DNA of 63,020 bases, filler included, from Rhabdomonas costata (lineage: Eukaryota), in the NCBI GenBank assembly GCA_019059605.1. It is 54 parts of 54 records of this genome, joined end to end, with 100 filler letters (N's around TTAATTAATTAA, not from the genome) between each part and the next. Parts side by side here need not be neighbours in the genome. Positions count along the whole stretch, not along the records: positions 37,408 to 38,475 come from JAHMHO010030285.1; positions 38,576 to 39,645 come from JAHMHO010030286.1; positions 39,746 to 40,814 come from JAHMHO010030287.1; positions 40,915 to 41,983 come from JAHMHO010030288.1; positions 42,084 to 43,152 come from JAHMHO010030289.1; positions 43,253 to 44,320 come from JAHMHO010030290.1; positions 44,421 to 45,488 come from JAHMHO010030291.1; positions 45,589 to 46,657 come from JAHMHO010030292.1; 46 more parts are not named here. The stretch is one strand, 5' to 3'. This document shows positions 37,873 to 50,167 of this stretch, one piece after another. The position numbers and the translations under genes are program-made. Each line of letters starts with the position of its first letter. Position 1 is the first letter of the stretch. The notes under the pieces are model-generated. The model was not told the DNA's origin. It saw nothing but the letters and a program-made list of their open reading frames with translations, and did not search any database.

Positions 37873-38441
37873 CCCTGTGCCTTCGGCGAGGACCCCACGG
37901 CGTGCCCCCCGCAGTGCTTTGTTGCCGTTGAGGGCACCCACCGCCGCGAGCTCCGCCTCACTGACGCCGATGGCAACGACCACAACGCCCGCCTGGAGGC
38001 CCTGCTGTGCATGGGGCAGCCCGGGACCACCACAGTGACCTTCGAGATCACGGCCCACCCGGACGGCTTCATCTTCTTTGGGTTGGCCCCGGTGGGTTCG
38101 TGCGCTGATCTGCAGCAGAAGACGGGCGAGCATCCCGGGCTGGACAGCTGGGACGGCATGTGCTTCGTCACCAACGGAGAGTTCTGGAACAAACGCGAGC
38201 AGAAATTTTTGCCGAACACAACCTGAAGGTCGGGGACCGCGTGGAGCTTCGCGTGGACCGCAGTGACTTCGAAGACCCCATGGGCGGCACCGTCGTGATC
38301 GCCGTCAACGGCACCGCTGTGGTGGGCGGGGCAGACCCGCGAGCTCCCGTGCCCCTGGGCTTCACCGAGGACGCCTACATCGTGGTAACGATGAGGAATG
38401 CCGGTAACGCGGTGCGAGTGGTGGAGTTAGTGTGGGTGTGA
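37873..38441 (+). CDS. SPRY/B30.2-like beta-sandwich terminal exon with one frameshift near 38210
   Basis: ...VTFEITAHPDGFIFFGLAP...HPGLDSWDGMCFVTNGEFW continues in the -1 frame as HNLKVGDRVELRVD...GTVVIAVNG...YIVVTM. Confidence 0.6.
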
Positions 38442-38962
38442 TTGTGTGCCGGGGTGCAGCTTTGGACAACCCCACNNNNNNNNNNNNNNNNNNNNNNNNN
38501 NNNNNNNNNNNNNNNNNNNTTAATTAATTAANNNNNNNNNNNNNNNNNNNNNNNNNNNNNNNNNNNNNNNNNNNNGTGGGGGGGTGGAGCTGTGGCAGCT
38601 GGGCCACCTGAAGTCCCCCCTATAGGCCCCAAGGGACCTAGCCAGCTGGACTCTTGTACACCAGGGTACCCCTATACCAGCCAATTGGACGCCGAATCTG
38701 TTGGGCGCCCAATTGAGGCCAAGCGGCAGTGCATATTTTGGAGTGGCCCAGCTCTTTATGACGCTCCCACGTAAGCGGTCTGTATTCACACACCGGGCAC
38801 CAGCGGTGCCGGGGAACCACTGATCCATTCCAGTCCACCCCAGTCCCAGCACAGCCGAAAAAGATCCACAGCCACCGCATTACTCCGGCACAGTAAATAA
38901 AAGGCGTTTTGCACGTCCCTAGTGTAAAGAAAGACGTGCAAGAGGTGGAAGAGCTGGATGAC

Positions 38963-39256
38963 CTGCGCCGTGTGGCCCGTCTTGCCGCACTTGCTGCACC
39001 ACTTCTCGTGGGGGCAGTTCTCCAAGGTGTGGGTGTCGGCCCAGCAGTTGAAGCACACCGGGCGGGAACCCCGCCGGGAACCAGCGGCAGGGACCCCCTC
39101 TCCTTCCGAGGCAGCAGCAGCAGCGTTGTCGCTGGAGGAAGTTGCTGACCCACCCGCCTCACGAGCGCTGGCCACCGAGGAGACGGGCCGGGGCTTAGGC
39201 TCCTTGAAAGGGCGATCTCCTGTTCGTGGGCCCAGGGCAAAAGAAGGGTCTTCCAT
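38963..39256 (-). CDS. First exon of a CCHC zinc-knuckle protein
   Basis: ATG-initiated 98-codon exon containing CFNCWADTHTLENC (CX2CX4HX4C) and CSKCGKTGHTAQ|GT. Confidence 0.75.
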
Positions 39257-40723
39257 TGTGAAGGTCTCTTCTAAGGCTTTTTTTTAAAGTTTGACTCGGG
39301 GACAACTTCTTTTTTCTTCCCTTCCCATGGCTCCGTTTTGGCCCATCAGCGATGCAAGTGTCTCCTGGGATTCCAACAGAAGTGTTTGAAGGAGGGGGTA
39401 GAGGGCGATGCGACCCAAGATCTCAGGTGATTTTCAACCGCTCATTTGTAAATCGCGTTTCCCGTCATTCGCCTCGACTTGAAGACGAAGGGCACCGAGG
39501 TGAAAAATAGGAGAAAGGATAGTGCAGAATAGTACCAACCAACCTTTGAGCGCCCGGCCATGGGATGCACGCGCTGGATCCAGTCTGTAGCATATCTTCA
39601 TTCTCAGGCGGTTGAGGGCATATTTAGAGTGGCGGTGTGGCGGTGNNNNNNNNNNNNNNNNNNNNNNNNNNNNNNNNNNNNNNNNNNNNTTAATTAATTA
39701 ANNNNNNNNNNNNNNNNNNNNNNNNNNNNNNNNNNNNNNNNNNNNATGATTGCACCAGTCGCCTGTATCTCGTGTGTGTGCGGGGGCACCCTTCTCGACA
39801 ATTCTTCCTGGCCTTGGTATATGATGACTGCATTGCACCGTCCCTATGCCAGGCGATTGCTCTGTGTTTTGCGAAAAGGATCGGGCTTTGGACCTGCGAG
39901 CGAGCCACTTGCTCCCTGTGCTGGGGGATGCTTGTGGAAGGAAATCTGTTGGGGGAATAAATCTTGTTTTTTTGCGTCAGATCATTATGGGATGGCAGTC
40001 CAAGAACGAGGATCAGCTCCAGAATACCTTCACGTATGCCGTGACTTGCTAACTATGTGTGGACTTTGTCACACAACCTGTCGAGTCCTGGTGTTGATTC
40101 TGGTTATTTCCCTGGCGGCGCCCTTTTTGCGGTGGAGTTTTCTGCTTGGAAAATGGAGTGCTGCATGCGATGGACTGCTAAGTACAGGAAGACCTCAAGG
40201 TTGGGTGGGTCTCACCACTTTTCCACAATTGCCACAGGTTTAAGGTTGGCCAGGTGTGGTCCCTGGATGTGGTGATGATCAACGACTCCACCGCCGCCAC
40301 CAACAAGGCGAAACTGCAGCAGAGGAGCCCCTCGGACGCCCACATCTTCCGCAAAAGTGAAGTCGCCCGAAGCATGCGACTTCATGTGTGCCCCTGCCGA
40401 TGCATTTCCTTCTCGTCCCAGCATGCGTTTTCTTTTGGCGTCACTTCCATTGGGGTTTTTACATATCCAGTCGAAATTATGTTGCGATAATTGCCATTTG
40501 GAATCTCGCGTGAATGGGAGATGCATCCTGTCTGCATACTCCGTATCCGATTATTCATTAGGAGATATGCTCATTCCGCAGTGCTGATTAGCAGCGCATT
40601 TACAGTAGGATGCAAACGCTCATGAGCTGAATGGGCGCGTCATGGGCTCGGTGCAATGAGTGCTCTTCCAACGGCAACGTGCGCGTGTGGAGTTTTCCTA
40701 TCACTGTGATCATTCAATCTGGC

Positions 40724-40808
40724 GTGGCCAGGGCTTAAAAGCATGGGCTGTGAGTTCAAGGTGTAACCTACCTTGAACTCACAGCCCATGCTTTTAAGCC
40801 CTGGCCAC
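40724..40808. repeat. Contig-terminal inverted repeat (39-bp arms, 7-nt loop)
   Basis: 40724-40762 is the reverse complement of 40770-40808. Confidence 0.9.
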
Positions 40809-41041
40809 ACCACCNNNNNNNNNNNNNNNNNNNNNNNNNNNNNNNNNNNNNNNNNNNNTTAATTAATTAANNNNNNNNNNNNNNNNNNNNNNNNNNNNNN
40901 NNNNNNNNNNNNNNGCACAAGGTTCCCGGTGGGCTGGGAGAGTCGTCCCCCCCCTCTTGATTCCGTTCGTTTCTTTTTAACATCTTTCATCCGATTGGTC
41001 CTTCTGAACCACCCCTCACTCTCAAAAGCCGCAAAGGAAAT

Positions 41042-41120
41042 TGCAGTGCAGTGCAGTGCAGTGCAGTGCAGTGCAGTGCAGTGCAGTGCAGTGCAGTGCA
41101 GTGCAGTGCAGTGCAGTGCA
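41042..41120 (+). repeat. (TGCAG)n pentanucleotide microsatellite
   Basis: About 16 perfect units. Confidence 0.97.
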
Positions 41121-44100
41121 TTTAGCTTGCACCGGAAACGCTGTCTGGTGGGTGACCTGCTCCTTCCTAGTCTCTAGCACAGAAAGTAATAATTGGGATT
41201 TCGTGATTCCGTTCTGAAAAGGATAACATTTGAGGGAAAAAAGATGCCAACATAACAGTGTGAACCCCCCTCCTCCCCACAAAAGACTCCAGCAATGTGC
41301 TGTGCCTCCCTCGTAGATGTTTCCAATGACGAGGTCCCCCTTTGCTTTTTTTGCTCTCGCCTCGCTTGCGCGCTCGATTGAGATTGTTGAGCAACCGCCA
41401 CAGAAAAGGATTATTGTGTGTGTGGCTGTATTGCTGGGGCGTGGGCGTTCAGTTCGCTTTTGTGCCTTTGTTTTCTGGCAGTGGGGAGGGGGCTGCTTGA
41501 AATTGGTTCCCCGTTACCCAGGTCCGGGATCCTACGGTGCTGTGGGAGGAAATCGAGGGCCTCAGCATAGCATGGCGGCCAGGTGGGCTCGACGGGTGGC
41601 TGCGGACTCGCCAGGTGCTGTGCGAGGTGGGCTCCCAATGTCCTGGGTCATCCTGCTTGTTGTGGTTTCTCCTCGCATTCACGTCCACACTACCACTACG
41701 ACCGCGTTTGTGTTTCTGTCTCGCATCTGCCGGTGCCCTAGGAACCCGACACATACAGCCACATTCTCTCTCTGCCTGTCTCCTCCACTTTGCATTTGCA
41801 GTTCTTTCGCTTTTCGCTTTTCTGAGGGCTCTACCAGGTGGGCCTATCTAGCCTCAGGCGGCCTCGGGAATCTCACCAATCGTCGGGGGCCTCATCGGAA
41901 ATGGGGGCTAGGACCACTTACTTTGGCCCTAAATTTCGCCCTATTCACTGGGTGACATCCTCCATGGTCACTCCCACACCCACNNNNNNNNNNNNNNNNN
42001 NNNNNNNNNNNNNNNNNNNNNNNNNNNTTAATTAATTAANNNNNNNNNNNNNNNNNNNNNNNNNNNNNNNNNNNNNNNNNNNNCGACAAGGAAGCAGAGC
42101 AGGCTTGGGGAAAGCTCACTTTGGACGACCTGCGGGTGCTTCTCGACGAGAAGGGGTAGCTGGGTCATGGTGATGGGTATCTGAAATGTTGTCGACCTTC
42201 AGGGAGGAGGACCCACAGAGAAGAAAATCGGTCCTTTTACGACGGCGGATGTTGCCCAAGGTTGGTGAAGGTACAATCTGCACGAGAGTCCGTTGTTAGG
42301 GGACTGCCCGCTCTCTTCACTGTTGCACACGTGCTGAACTACGCTGGCGCATGTGCGCATGTGTTTCTTCTCGCTTATTGAAGGTCACTCTTTTGTCTGA
42401 GCATTTCTGTGAGTGCGCCTGTTGTGAGATTAAGAACATGCTGTGTGTATTATATGGCTCTTCTGGGTGTTGCGGCAGGTCGAAGCTTTTCAACATCTGC
42501 CCGTGAAACTGCAGATCTCCCATGTTTTCTCGCCATGAAGTGAAACCGGAATCAGTTCCGCTGCCAGCTGTCGAAGATGGGCACTGGATTCAGGCCGCGG
42601 AAGAGGAGGACAGTGGGAATTGCCTTCATCCAAAGCCCAGGAACGAGGGCAGCCAAATCCACCGACCCCATAGCGGTGCATCCCCGTGCGCATAGACCTC
42701 AGTCTCTGCGACGCAGCACACTCACACGCACATGAAAGCCGCAGCCGAAAGAAGGTGGAAGACTGAGCACCTGTGCCCCAGGAGTGCGATGCTGGCACGG
42801 GATGCCATGCGAGTTCCAACGATCTCTCTTTGTGCACCCGAGGGAGGAGCACCTAGAACCAACTCGCGTAGAGACGGACCCAGTGCGCAGAGGTACAAGC
42901 GGACCATCGAGCATCGCAAGAAATCAGAGCCGTTATGCTACCACCAACGGGAATCGACAGTACTCGCAGATGCACCAGGGAAAAGAGTCAGTGAGGCAAC
43001 CACGAGGTACAAGAGGGCCAGAGGAAGAGAGCAGGAATAGCCCGCTACTGCAGAGTGCGCTGGCACAGCAACTCCTGTAGATGCCGGTGCTGCCCATTCA
43101 CCGTCTGAAAGAAAAGCTCCAAGGGTCGTTCTCGCGAGCAAAGGCCCCCACANNNNNNNNNNNNNNNNNNNNNNNNNNNNNNNNNNNNNNNNNNNNTTAA
43201 TTAATTAANNNNNNNNNNNNNNNNNNNNNNNNNNNNNNNNNNNNNNNNNNNNGGTTGGGGGTGTCGGAGGACTTCCGCTTGACGCCCCCTTGGGGGACGC
43301 TCTCGCTGCGGGGGGCGGCGCCGTTCCACCCTTTGTTTATGTGGCGTGTGTGCATGCCCCTGTCTGTAAAATCACTCGCTAAGATGCATCTCACCGTCTT
43401 TCTTTATTTGCCTATCTTTCTGCTGATGACTGCAGTACGCCCCATCCCTCTCCATCATGGATCATTTCTTGTGCAGGCGGTTTGACAGATTGCCACAACA
43501 AAAACAGCCTTGTTGGTGTTTATGTGTGGGTTGGGGGCACAGCGCGCTCGCCGTTGCCTACATGGGTGTCGCGATACTCGATACTGGCTTAGGGACCGCT
43601 ATCGTCTGATGGGGACACGCCCTGTTGGCCGCGGGTACCTTTCGAATGCACAGTGGCATGGGGAAGCGGCGTCGGCCACAGGATTCTCTCCCCATAATTT
43701 TCCACCGGAGCCAACCGCAGCGATGCACGCACCGGAACCAATCGCACCCACACCAGCACCGCCGATATCGACATACAAGACAATAAAAGGAGCACCCCTG
43801 GTCCCAAAAACCAGCCTCGCCCTTCCAGCCACACAGCCATTTGCTCTCGGGACGGGGCATACGGGTGTCCACGAGGGGCTTCGCCGGATGCAGGATGGCT
43901 ACACAGCTGCCCTCGCTGCGGAGGATCTCCTCAATGGTGCGGCCCTGCCAGCAGAACTCCCACCCTATTTGGGAAAGTTGCCCGAGTTGCCAAAGGAGGC
44001 TGTGGGGACGGGCATTATGTTGGGTCGTGCCGCTTTCCGCCGGCAGTGCAGCAGAAAAGAACCATTCTGCTCTGCGCCCACGCTAAAAGAGGTCCTGTCA

Positions 44101-44832
44101 ATGCCCTACGCATTACACATACCGGTGGAGAAAGTCCTCACTATTCTGTAACCATGTACTGAAAATGAGACATTTTTTTTGCCTTACTCCGGCTTTTCTT
44201 TTTTGCATGAAAAAATGCCGCTGAGCGACAATTATGAACTGGAACAGGGATGGTATGAGAATTATTACTCGCTAGTGACCAAAACGTTCCCCAGAATGTG
44301 ACGTGGAGTGGATGTCAACANNNNNNNNNNNNNNNNNNNNNNNNNNNNNNNNNNNNNNNNNNNNTTAATTAATTAANNNNNNNNNNNNNNNNNNNNNNNN
44401 NNNNNNNNNNNNNNNNNNNNGGGGTTGTGGGCTGCTCAGCGCACAAGAAATTTCAGAGTAAACGCTTCGGACAAAGCCGAGAAAACACAACACAACACAA
44501 CAGTGATTTGAATAAATGCATAGTTCAATTGTGGGTTGATGGCGTGGGGTCCAGGTTTGAACAAAAATGAACGTCCCCTGCACCCTAAACAGGTGGTCAG
44601 CCGGTCCCAGCTAGGGTGAAAGGCAGCTGACGAGGGACGAAAAATTCGCACGTGCCGGAGGAGAAAAACCTAAAGATAGCATTCAAAGGGATCCGTTTCC
44701 CGGCACTATCTGTCATTTCGTCACTGCGCACCAAACTGACCTAGCAGAACGGCCAGCAAAGAAAAGGCAAATCATGGAAACTCTCGCGTCCCGGGGGAAG
44801 AGACTATAAAGGAAAACAATTAAAATGAACAC

Positions 44833-45015
44833 CGGAGCAGCCCGAGAGGGTAAAGGTCCAATAAGGAGCGTCGCAGCTCACCCTCACAGCCCCCGGGTAG
44901 CCAGAAGCGCAGGACAGTCCGGTGCAGCTCGAGGCATTGACGTACCCCGGGCCACACCCACTGCCCCCGTACGCATATCCCGAGGGCAGCGACGAGGGCA
45001 GGGAGCACACCAGGG
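44833..45015 (-). CDS. Cysteine-rich extracellular module exon
   Basis: 183-nt phase 1-1 exon, LVCSLPSSLPSGYAYGGSGCGPGYVNASSCTGLSCASGYPGAVRVSCDAPYWTFTLSGCS, with six Cys and AG/GT boundaries. Confidence 0.7.
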
Positions 45016-46241
45016 CTGTGACGAGTTAATGTGGGTATGATTGCTGGGTGGAATGCGTGCTTGGAATAGCAAAGCTACCGCAATGCGGGAAAATGGCAAG
45101 CATAATGGAAAGTGGAGGATAGTGGAAAAGTGCATGTTCTTTTGCATGAAGATGCTTTCGAGTGATTGGATCGGTTACAGAAAGTGTCCTGTGCCGCAAA
45201 TGATATTGGTTTAGCTTCAGACTAACTTGAAACGTTGAAACCCATTGAAGTACAAAAACAGCACAATGTAATTTATCTGCTTTGATTACCGCTTTGACTG
45301 ATGAACTGTTCAGAGCCTCTACCACAGTTTCTGCAAGTAAGTGTGCCTAAAAAGTCCGTCGTCGGGACTGCTGGATTACTTGCAACGAGGTCGCGTTTTT
45401 GGAAGCTCATCCTGCACCGCCTCTTTTAGCAACCTTCGATACCTTCGAGACCCACAACCACCCTTCGAGACTGAAACACACCCAAACCNNNNNNNNNNNN
45501 NNNNNNNNNNNNNNNNNNNNNNNNNNNNNNNNTTAATTAATTAANNNNNNNNNNNNNNNNNNNNNNNNNNNNNNNNNNNNNNNNNNNNGGGGGTGGGGGG
45601 CCACACCGAGGCCGACGCTGTCAGCGAGGTAGCCGTTTTACGTGCTGCGAAAATGCGTGTGTGCCCGAGAGGGGCCGCAGACAACTTTCCGCAGTAGCTG
45701 TCGCAGCATCGGGGGAAAATGAGCGGCCATCTTTTGCGAGAGCTGAGGGTCACCTTTGCTTTTTCTGTGGGTCTGCACGACGAGGATTGCCCTGCTGGCT
45801 TGTGTCCCAAGAAACTTGATCATCCTGTGTGGCAAAAAAAAGAGAGAGAGAGAGAGACTTGCATCACAAGTTTTTGCTGTTCTCCAGCACCGTCCCCAAG
45901 TCCACCGGTTTTTGACGAGGGAGCCTTCTCTAATTCGGGGTGAGTGGCTGTGTCATCTAGCAGAGCAGACGACGTGATACGAGACCGCACTGCCCAGTGG
46001 TTTACTCCGGCATTTACTCCCAGTGGGGCACAGCCGGCGACAATGTGACCAGATCTGAGCTGATCTCTCTGCCACCACACAGGATCGTCGGGTGGTCAGG
46101 GTGACCGTGTATGCAGCTCGGGATGCGGCCCAAGGGATGCGGCGTTACTTAGATTAAAGGATTCCTGCTTCGGCTGGGAAGCACCGTGGCGCCAGCATGG
46201 CAGGGGTGGAGCACAGTGCGCTGTCTGCGTATTGCTCTCAG

Positions 46242-46592
46242 GTATATTCCACTGCGGACCCCACGGGCGCCACTTGGACGTTCCACGGCTCCGGGGGCTT
46301 CCCGGCCAGGGCTGGCCCCGGGGTGATGCCCTTCTTGGGCAGGCTCTGGGTCATCGCTGGATTCGGGATGCCCCAGAACGAGTTCTCTGACCCTGAGCTT
46401 CTCTACGCCAGCACCCGCTTCCGTCTTTTGAACGATGTGTACTTCAGCCTTGACCCGACGCAGGGCAGCAGCAGCTGGGCCCTGGCCACCTCCGCCGCCT
46501 TTTTCTCGGGAGGCCGCTACGGCTTCAAGATGGCGGTGCACCGTGGTCAGCTATGGGTGATCGGTGGAAATCAGTACTTCTCCTACACGGAG
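46242..46592 (+). CDS. Kelch-like beta-propeller exon
   Basis: 117-codon phase-0 exon with two repeats: W...GFPARAG...FLGRLWVIAG and LNDVYFS...W....AFFSGGRYG...HRGQLWVIGG. Confidence 0.8.
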
Positions 46593-49095
46593 GTAACACC
46601 TGCCCTAGGGCAGGTGTTACCTCCGTGTAGGAGAAGTACTGATTTCCACCACAACACNNNNNNNNNNNNNNNNNNNNNNNNNNNNNNNNNNNNNNNNNNN
46701 NTTAATTAATTAANNNNNNNNNNNNNNNNNNNNNNNNNNNNNNNNNNNNNNNNNNNNGTGTTGGGTTGATTGTAATCGTTGTTCGAAATAACCCGATCTT
46801 CGGTGTCTTCGCATTATATGTGTGCGCGTATCACTGTCGAGCGATGTGCTCGGACGTGTCTTTGCCCCTGTTGCCAGTAGCTTTTTTTGCGTGTACGTAT
46901 TCCCTTTATGGCAGTCTTCTCGTGCTCCAACGCTGGTGCCTGAGAACGCACCCTTTGCCATCGGGGGTAACCTGGCGGTGGCCAAGAGGCTTTCTCAGCC
47001 GGTTTGCTTCATGTGCTGTAATGTCCGTCCGAGTTCCTTGAATTCTGCGTGATTTGTTTATCAGCGTTTCCCACAGCAGTTACTTTTCTGCGCTCTTTAA
47101 TTGAATGCTGGATCTTACGAAAAGTCCGTGCACCTGTTACAGGCGCCCAGAGGTCGCGAAAACAAAAACGCAGCGTTCGCGTGGCTTCGTGTGCATTTCA
47201 CACCAGCAATGAGCCGAGCCCCCCGGCGTTTGGCGTTTGGGATTCGTTGGGCATTCACCCTGCAGTCAGCGCGGGTCCTTTCACGTGAACATAGGCCACC
47301 CCGTCCCCTCTGAGCTCTGGGAGATCGGAGGAGAGGCGCGAGGAGCCCGCTCCCGAGACCAGGGTGAGTTTGGACCCCCCGAGGAAGGTTGGCTGCCTCC
47401 GCTGCTCGCTGGCCACTTTCTTGTGGTGTTGGAGTTCTGGGGCAGCTTTTTGGCAGCAAGAAAGTTCACCGCAGGCAGTCGCGGGGGACAGGGAGTGGTG
47501 GAATGCAGAGATGGGAGTGAAAGCTTCGCTAGGCTGCATGATTGCCTATGGTTTTGTGCCGTTCCTTAGTGATGGGTTGTGTAATCTTCTATCCAGGTCT
47601 TGAGGTGATTGGGGAGGGGGGATATAACACGTTCCCTCGATACGCATGGGCATGTTTGACATCATGCAAGCATTGTAAGCATGTAATCTCCAGCTTCTGG
47701 TTTTTGTTTGACATTCAGAGCCCACGCCCAATTTCTTCGGTCGCCCCGCCACCCGCGCCACCGCCCGCGGCACCCGCGGTCGTGCTGACCGTGTACACCA
47801 CTTCGTCCGACGAGACACCCAACCACNNNNNNNNNNNNNNNNNNNNNNNNNNNNNNNNNNNNNNNNNNNNTTAATTAATTAANNNNNNNNNNNNNNNNNN
47901 NNNNNNNNNNNNNNNNNNNNNNNNNNGGATGTAACCGGAACTTGCGCGTTTCCCCTCGTTTTATTACTTTCGAAGCTTGCTTGCATTTGCGTGAGTAGCT
48001 GGGTGGCAGCGAATTCAGGGGCAAGGTCTCTCTTTCATCAGTCGTTAGGATGAAAAATATTACATGCCATTCCTGCACCCACCCATCGATCTCGCTAATC
48101 ATAATCAATCCAGCGCCGGTGTTCAAACCCCCGCCGAACACGTTGAATTCGGGGTCTCATCATTTTATTAATCGTTTTTACACCCTTGATCATTCAAATC
48201 AAATCCTCTTTATCATGTGTGCATTCGCGGACTAACCTAGTGTTGGTGCACATCCAGATGCTTTCCAATGGCACCACGCTGTCGGTGGAGGCAGTCCGGT
48301 GCCGCATGAGCGGACTTTCCGTCCATGCCACGCCGGCCACTTTAGACCCGGCAATGCTCCGTGCCCACGTCAAGCTGGATGCCAAGCAGGACTGAGGCCC
48401 TCTGCTCACCCTCCCTTTATCGCGAATGTCCCCCCACTGGGTTCCACGGTTTGGTTCCCCGGATTTCCGCAGCGCATGTCTCTGTGATTCTGGTTTTTTT
48501 TCTTTTGCGTCAAAGCACCATCATGAGAGTGATTGAGCCGGTGGAGCAGTATTTTTGGTTTTTCTGTGCATTGCGCCTTGCTTTTTTACTGCAGCCCACG
48601 GACTGAGGAGCATCGGGAAAGGGTTTGGAGGCGCCTCCCCCTTGGTGCCCCCTCTTTTTGGGGGGTCCTTTGTTTTCCTCCCGTCTCGTGCAGCTGCCCT
48701 AACCCTAACCCCTGCATTGTACTCTGCCCTGTTTCATGCAAACGTACTTGGAGCCTCTCAGCCGTGTGATGAATTGCGCTGTTGGTTTTTGCCGTTCCGC
48801 TCGTTGCAGTAAAGGTCTTATACTTGGTGCGCACCCGGGCATTCTTTCGGTGGGCAGGCGGTGGGCATAATCTGCTGCCCCATAATCTCATTTTGGGGGA
48901 GGGGACAATGTCGACCTGCAAATGCCTTGCCCTTTCGGAAACCGAACTGCATCTGATCGGATTGCCCGACACAAACAATCATTTTAAACAACCCCNNNNN
49001 NNNNNNNNNNNNNNNNNNNNNNNNNNNNNNNNNNNNNNNTTAATTAATTAANNNNNNNNNNNNNNNNNNNNNNNNNNNNNNNNNNNNNNNNNNNN

Positions 49096-50167
49096 GGGGG
49101 GAAAATTTCGATTTTCACCCATATTGTCTGAATGAAATGCGCCTGTGAGTGTTTCCTGATGAACTTGGGTGGGTGAGTTGGGTGCCGTTTTTGAACCAGA
49201 AAAACACCTCTGCTTCTAAGAATTGCCCACATTTTTGCTGACAGAGGTTGCTTCATGACAATTGAAGGAAACCATTCATTTTGATGAGCATTTTTCCTCG
49301 GAGTTCTGATAGTTTGATGTGGGTGTGGGAAACTCTCACTTTTGAGATGAAACGGGCCAAGGGCTCAAGAGGTCTTGTGTGAGTTAGTGGTGCCGGCCTC
49401 TGGGGTGATCGAATTGGCGAGGTTTTCTGCCAATTAGAGGAGTATATTGGAGCGAATGCCTACTATTGCCCTTGCTACCACTGAGACGTGAATCGTTTTC
49501 GCTTCTTTCTGGCGTACCAAAGTGTCGAGGTATGCATTGTTTTGCAGGTGTTTGCCCGTTTCACCTCAAAACTGAGAGGTGGAAAAACGTTTCCAAAAAA
49601 GGAGACATTTCGGACTTACAGAGGTTTGGAGGGGGGAAAATTTCGATTTTCACCCATATTGTCTGAATGAAATGCGCCTGTGAGTGTTTCCTGATGAACT
49701 TGGGTGGGTGAGTTGGGTGCCGTTTTTGAACCAGAAAAACACCTCTGCTTCTAAGAATTGCCCACATTTTTGCTGACAGAGGTTGCTTCATGACAATTGA
49801 AGGAAACCATTCATTTTGATGAGCATTTTTCCTCGGAGTTCTGATAGTTTGATGTGGGTGTGGGAAACTCTCACTTTTGAGATGAAACGGGCCAAGGGCT
49901 CAAGAGGTCTTGTGTGAGTTAGTGGTGCCGGCCTCTGGGGTGATCGAATTGGCGAGGTTTTCTGCCAATTAGAGGAGTATATTGGAGCGAATGCCTACTA
50001 TTGCCCTTGCTACCACTGAGACGTGAATCGTTTTCGCTTCTTTCTGGCGTACCAAAGTGTCGAGGTATGCATTGTTTTGCAGGTGTTTGCCCGTTTCACC
50101 TCAAAACTGAGAGGTGGAAAAACGTTTCCAAAAAACGAGACATTTCGGACTTACAGAGGTTTGGAGG
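49096..50167. repeat. Tandem repeat, 535-bp unit, two near-identical copies filling the contig
   Basis: Unit restarts at 49631. The ORF pair at 49466 and 50001 is offset by 535. One visible difference (aaaaaaggagac vs aaaaaacgagac). Confidence 0.97.

Noticed and set aside
40929-41282. ORFs with AVQCS and TALHC repeats
   Set aside because: These are translations of the (TGCAG)n microsatellite.
42084-42159. DKEAEQAWGKLTLDDLRVLLDEKG* resembling a SNF2-family helicase C-terminus
   Set aside because: Only about 24 codons, too short to support a call.
49096-49630. Tandem unit as a 5S rRNA/spliced-leader RNA repeat
   Set aside because: The size is suggestive, but no 5S or spliced-leader exon sequence was recognisable.
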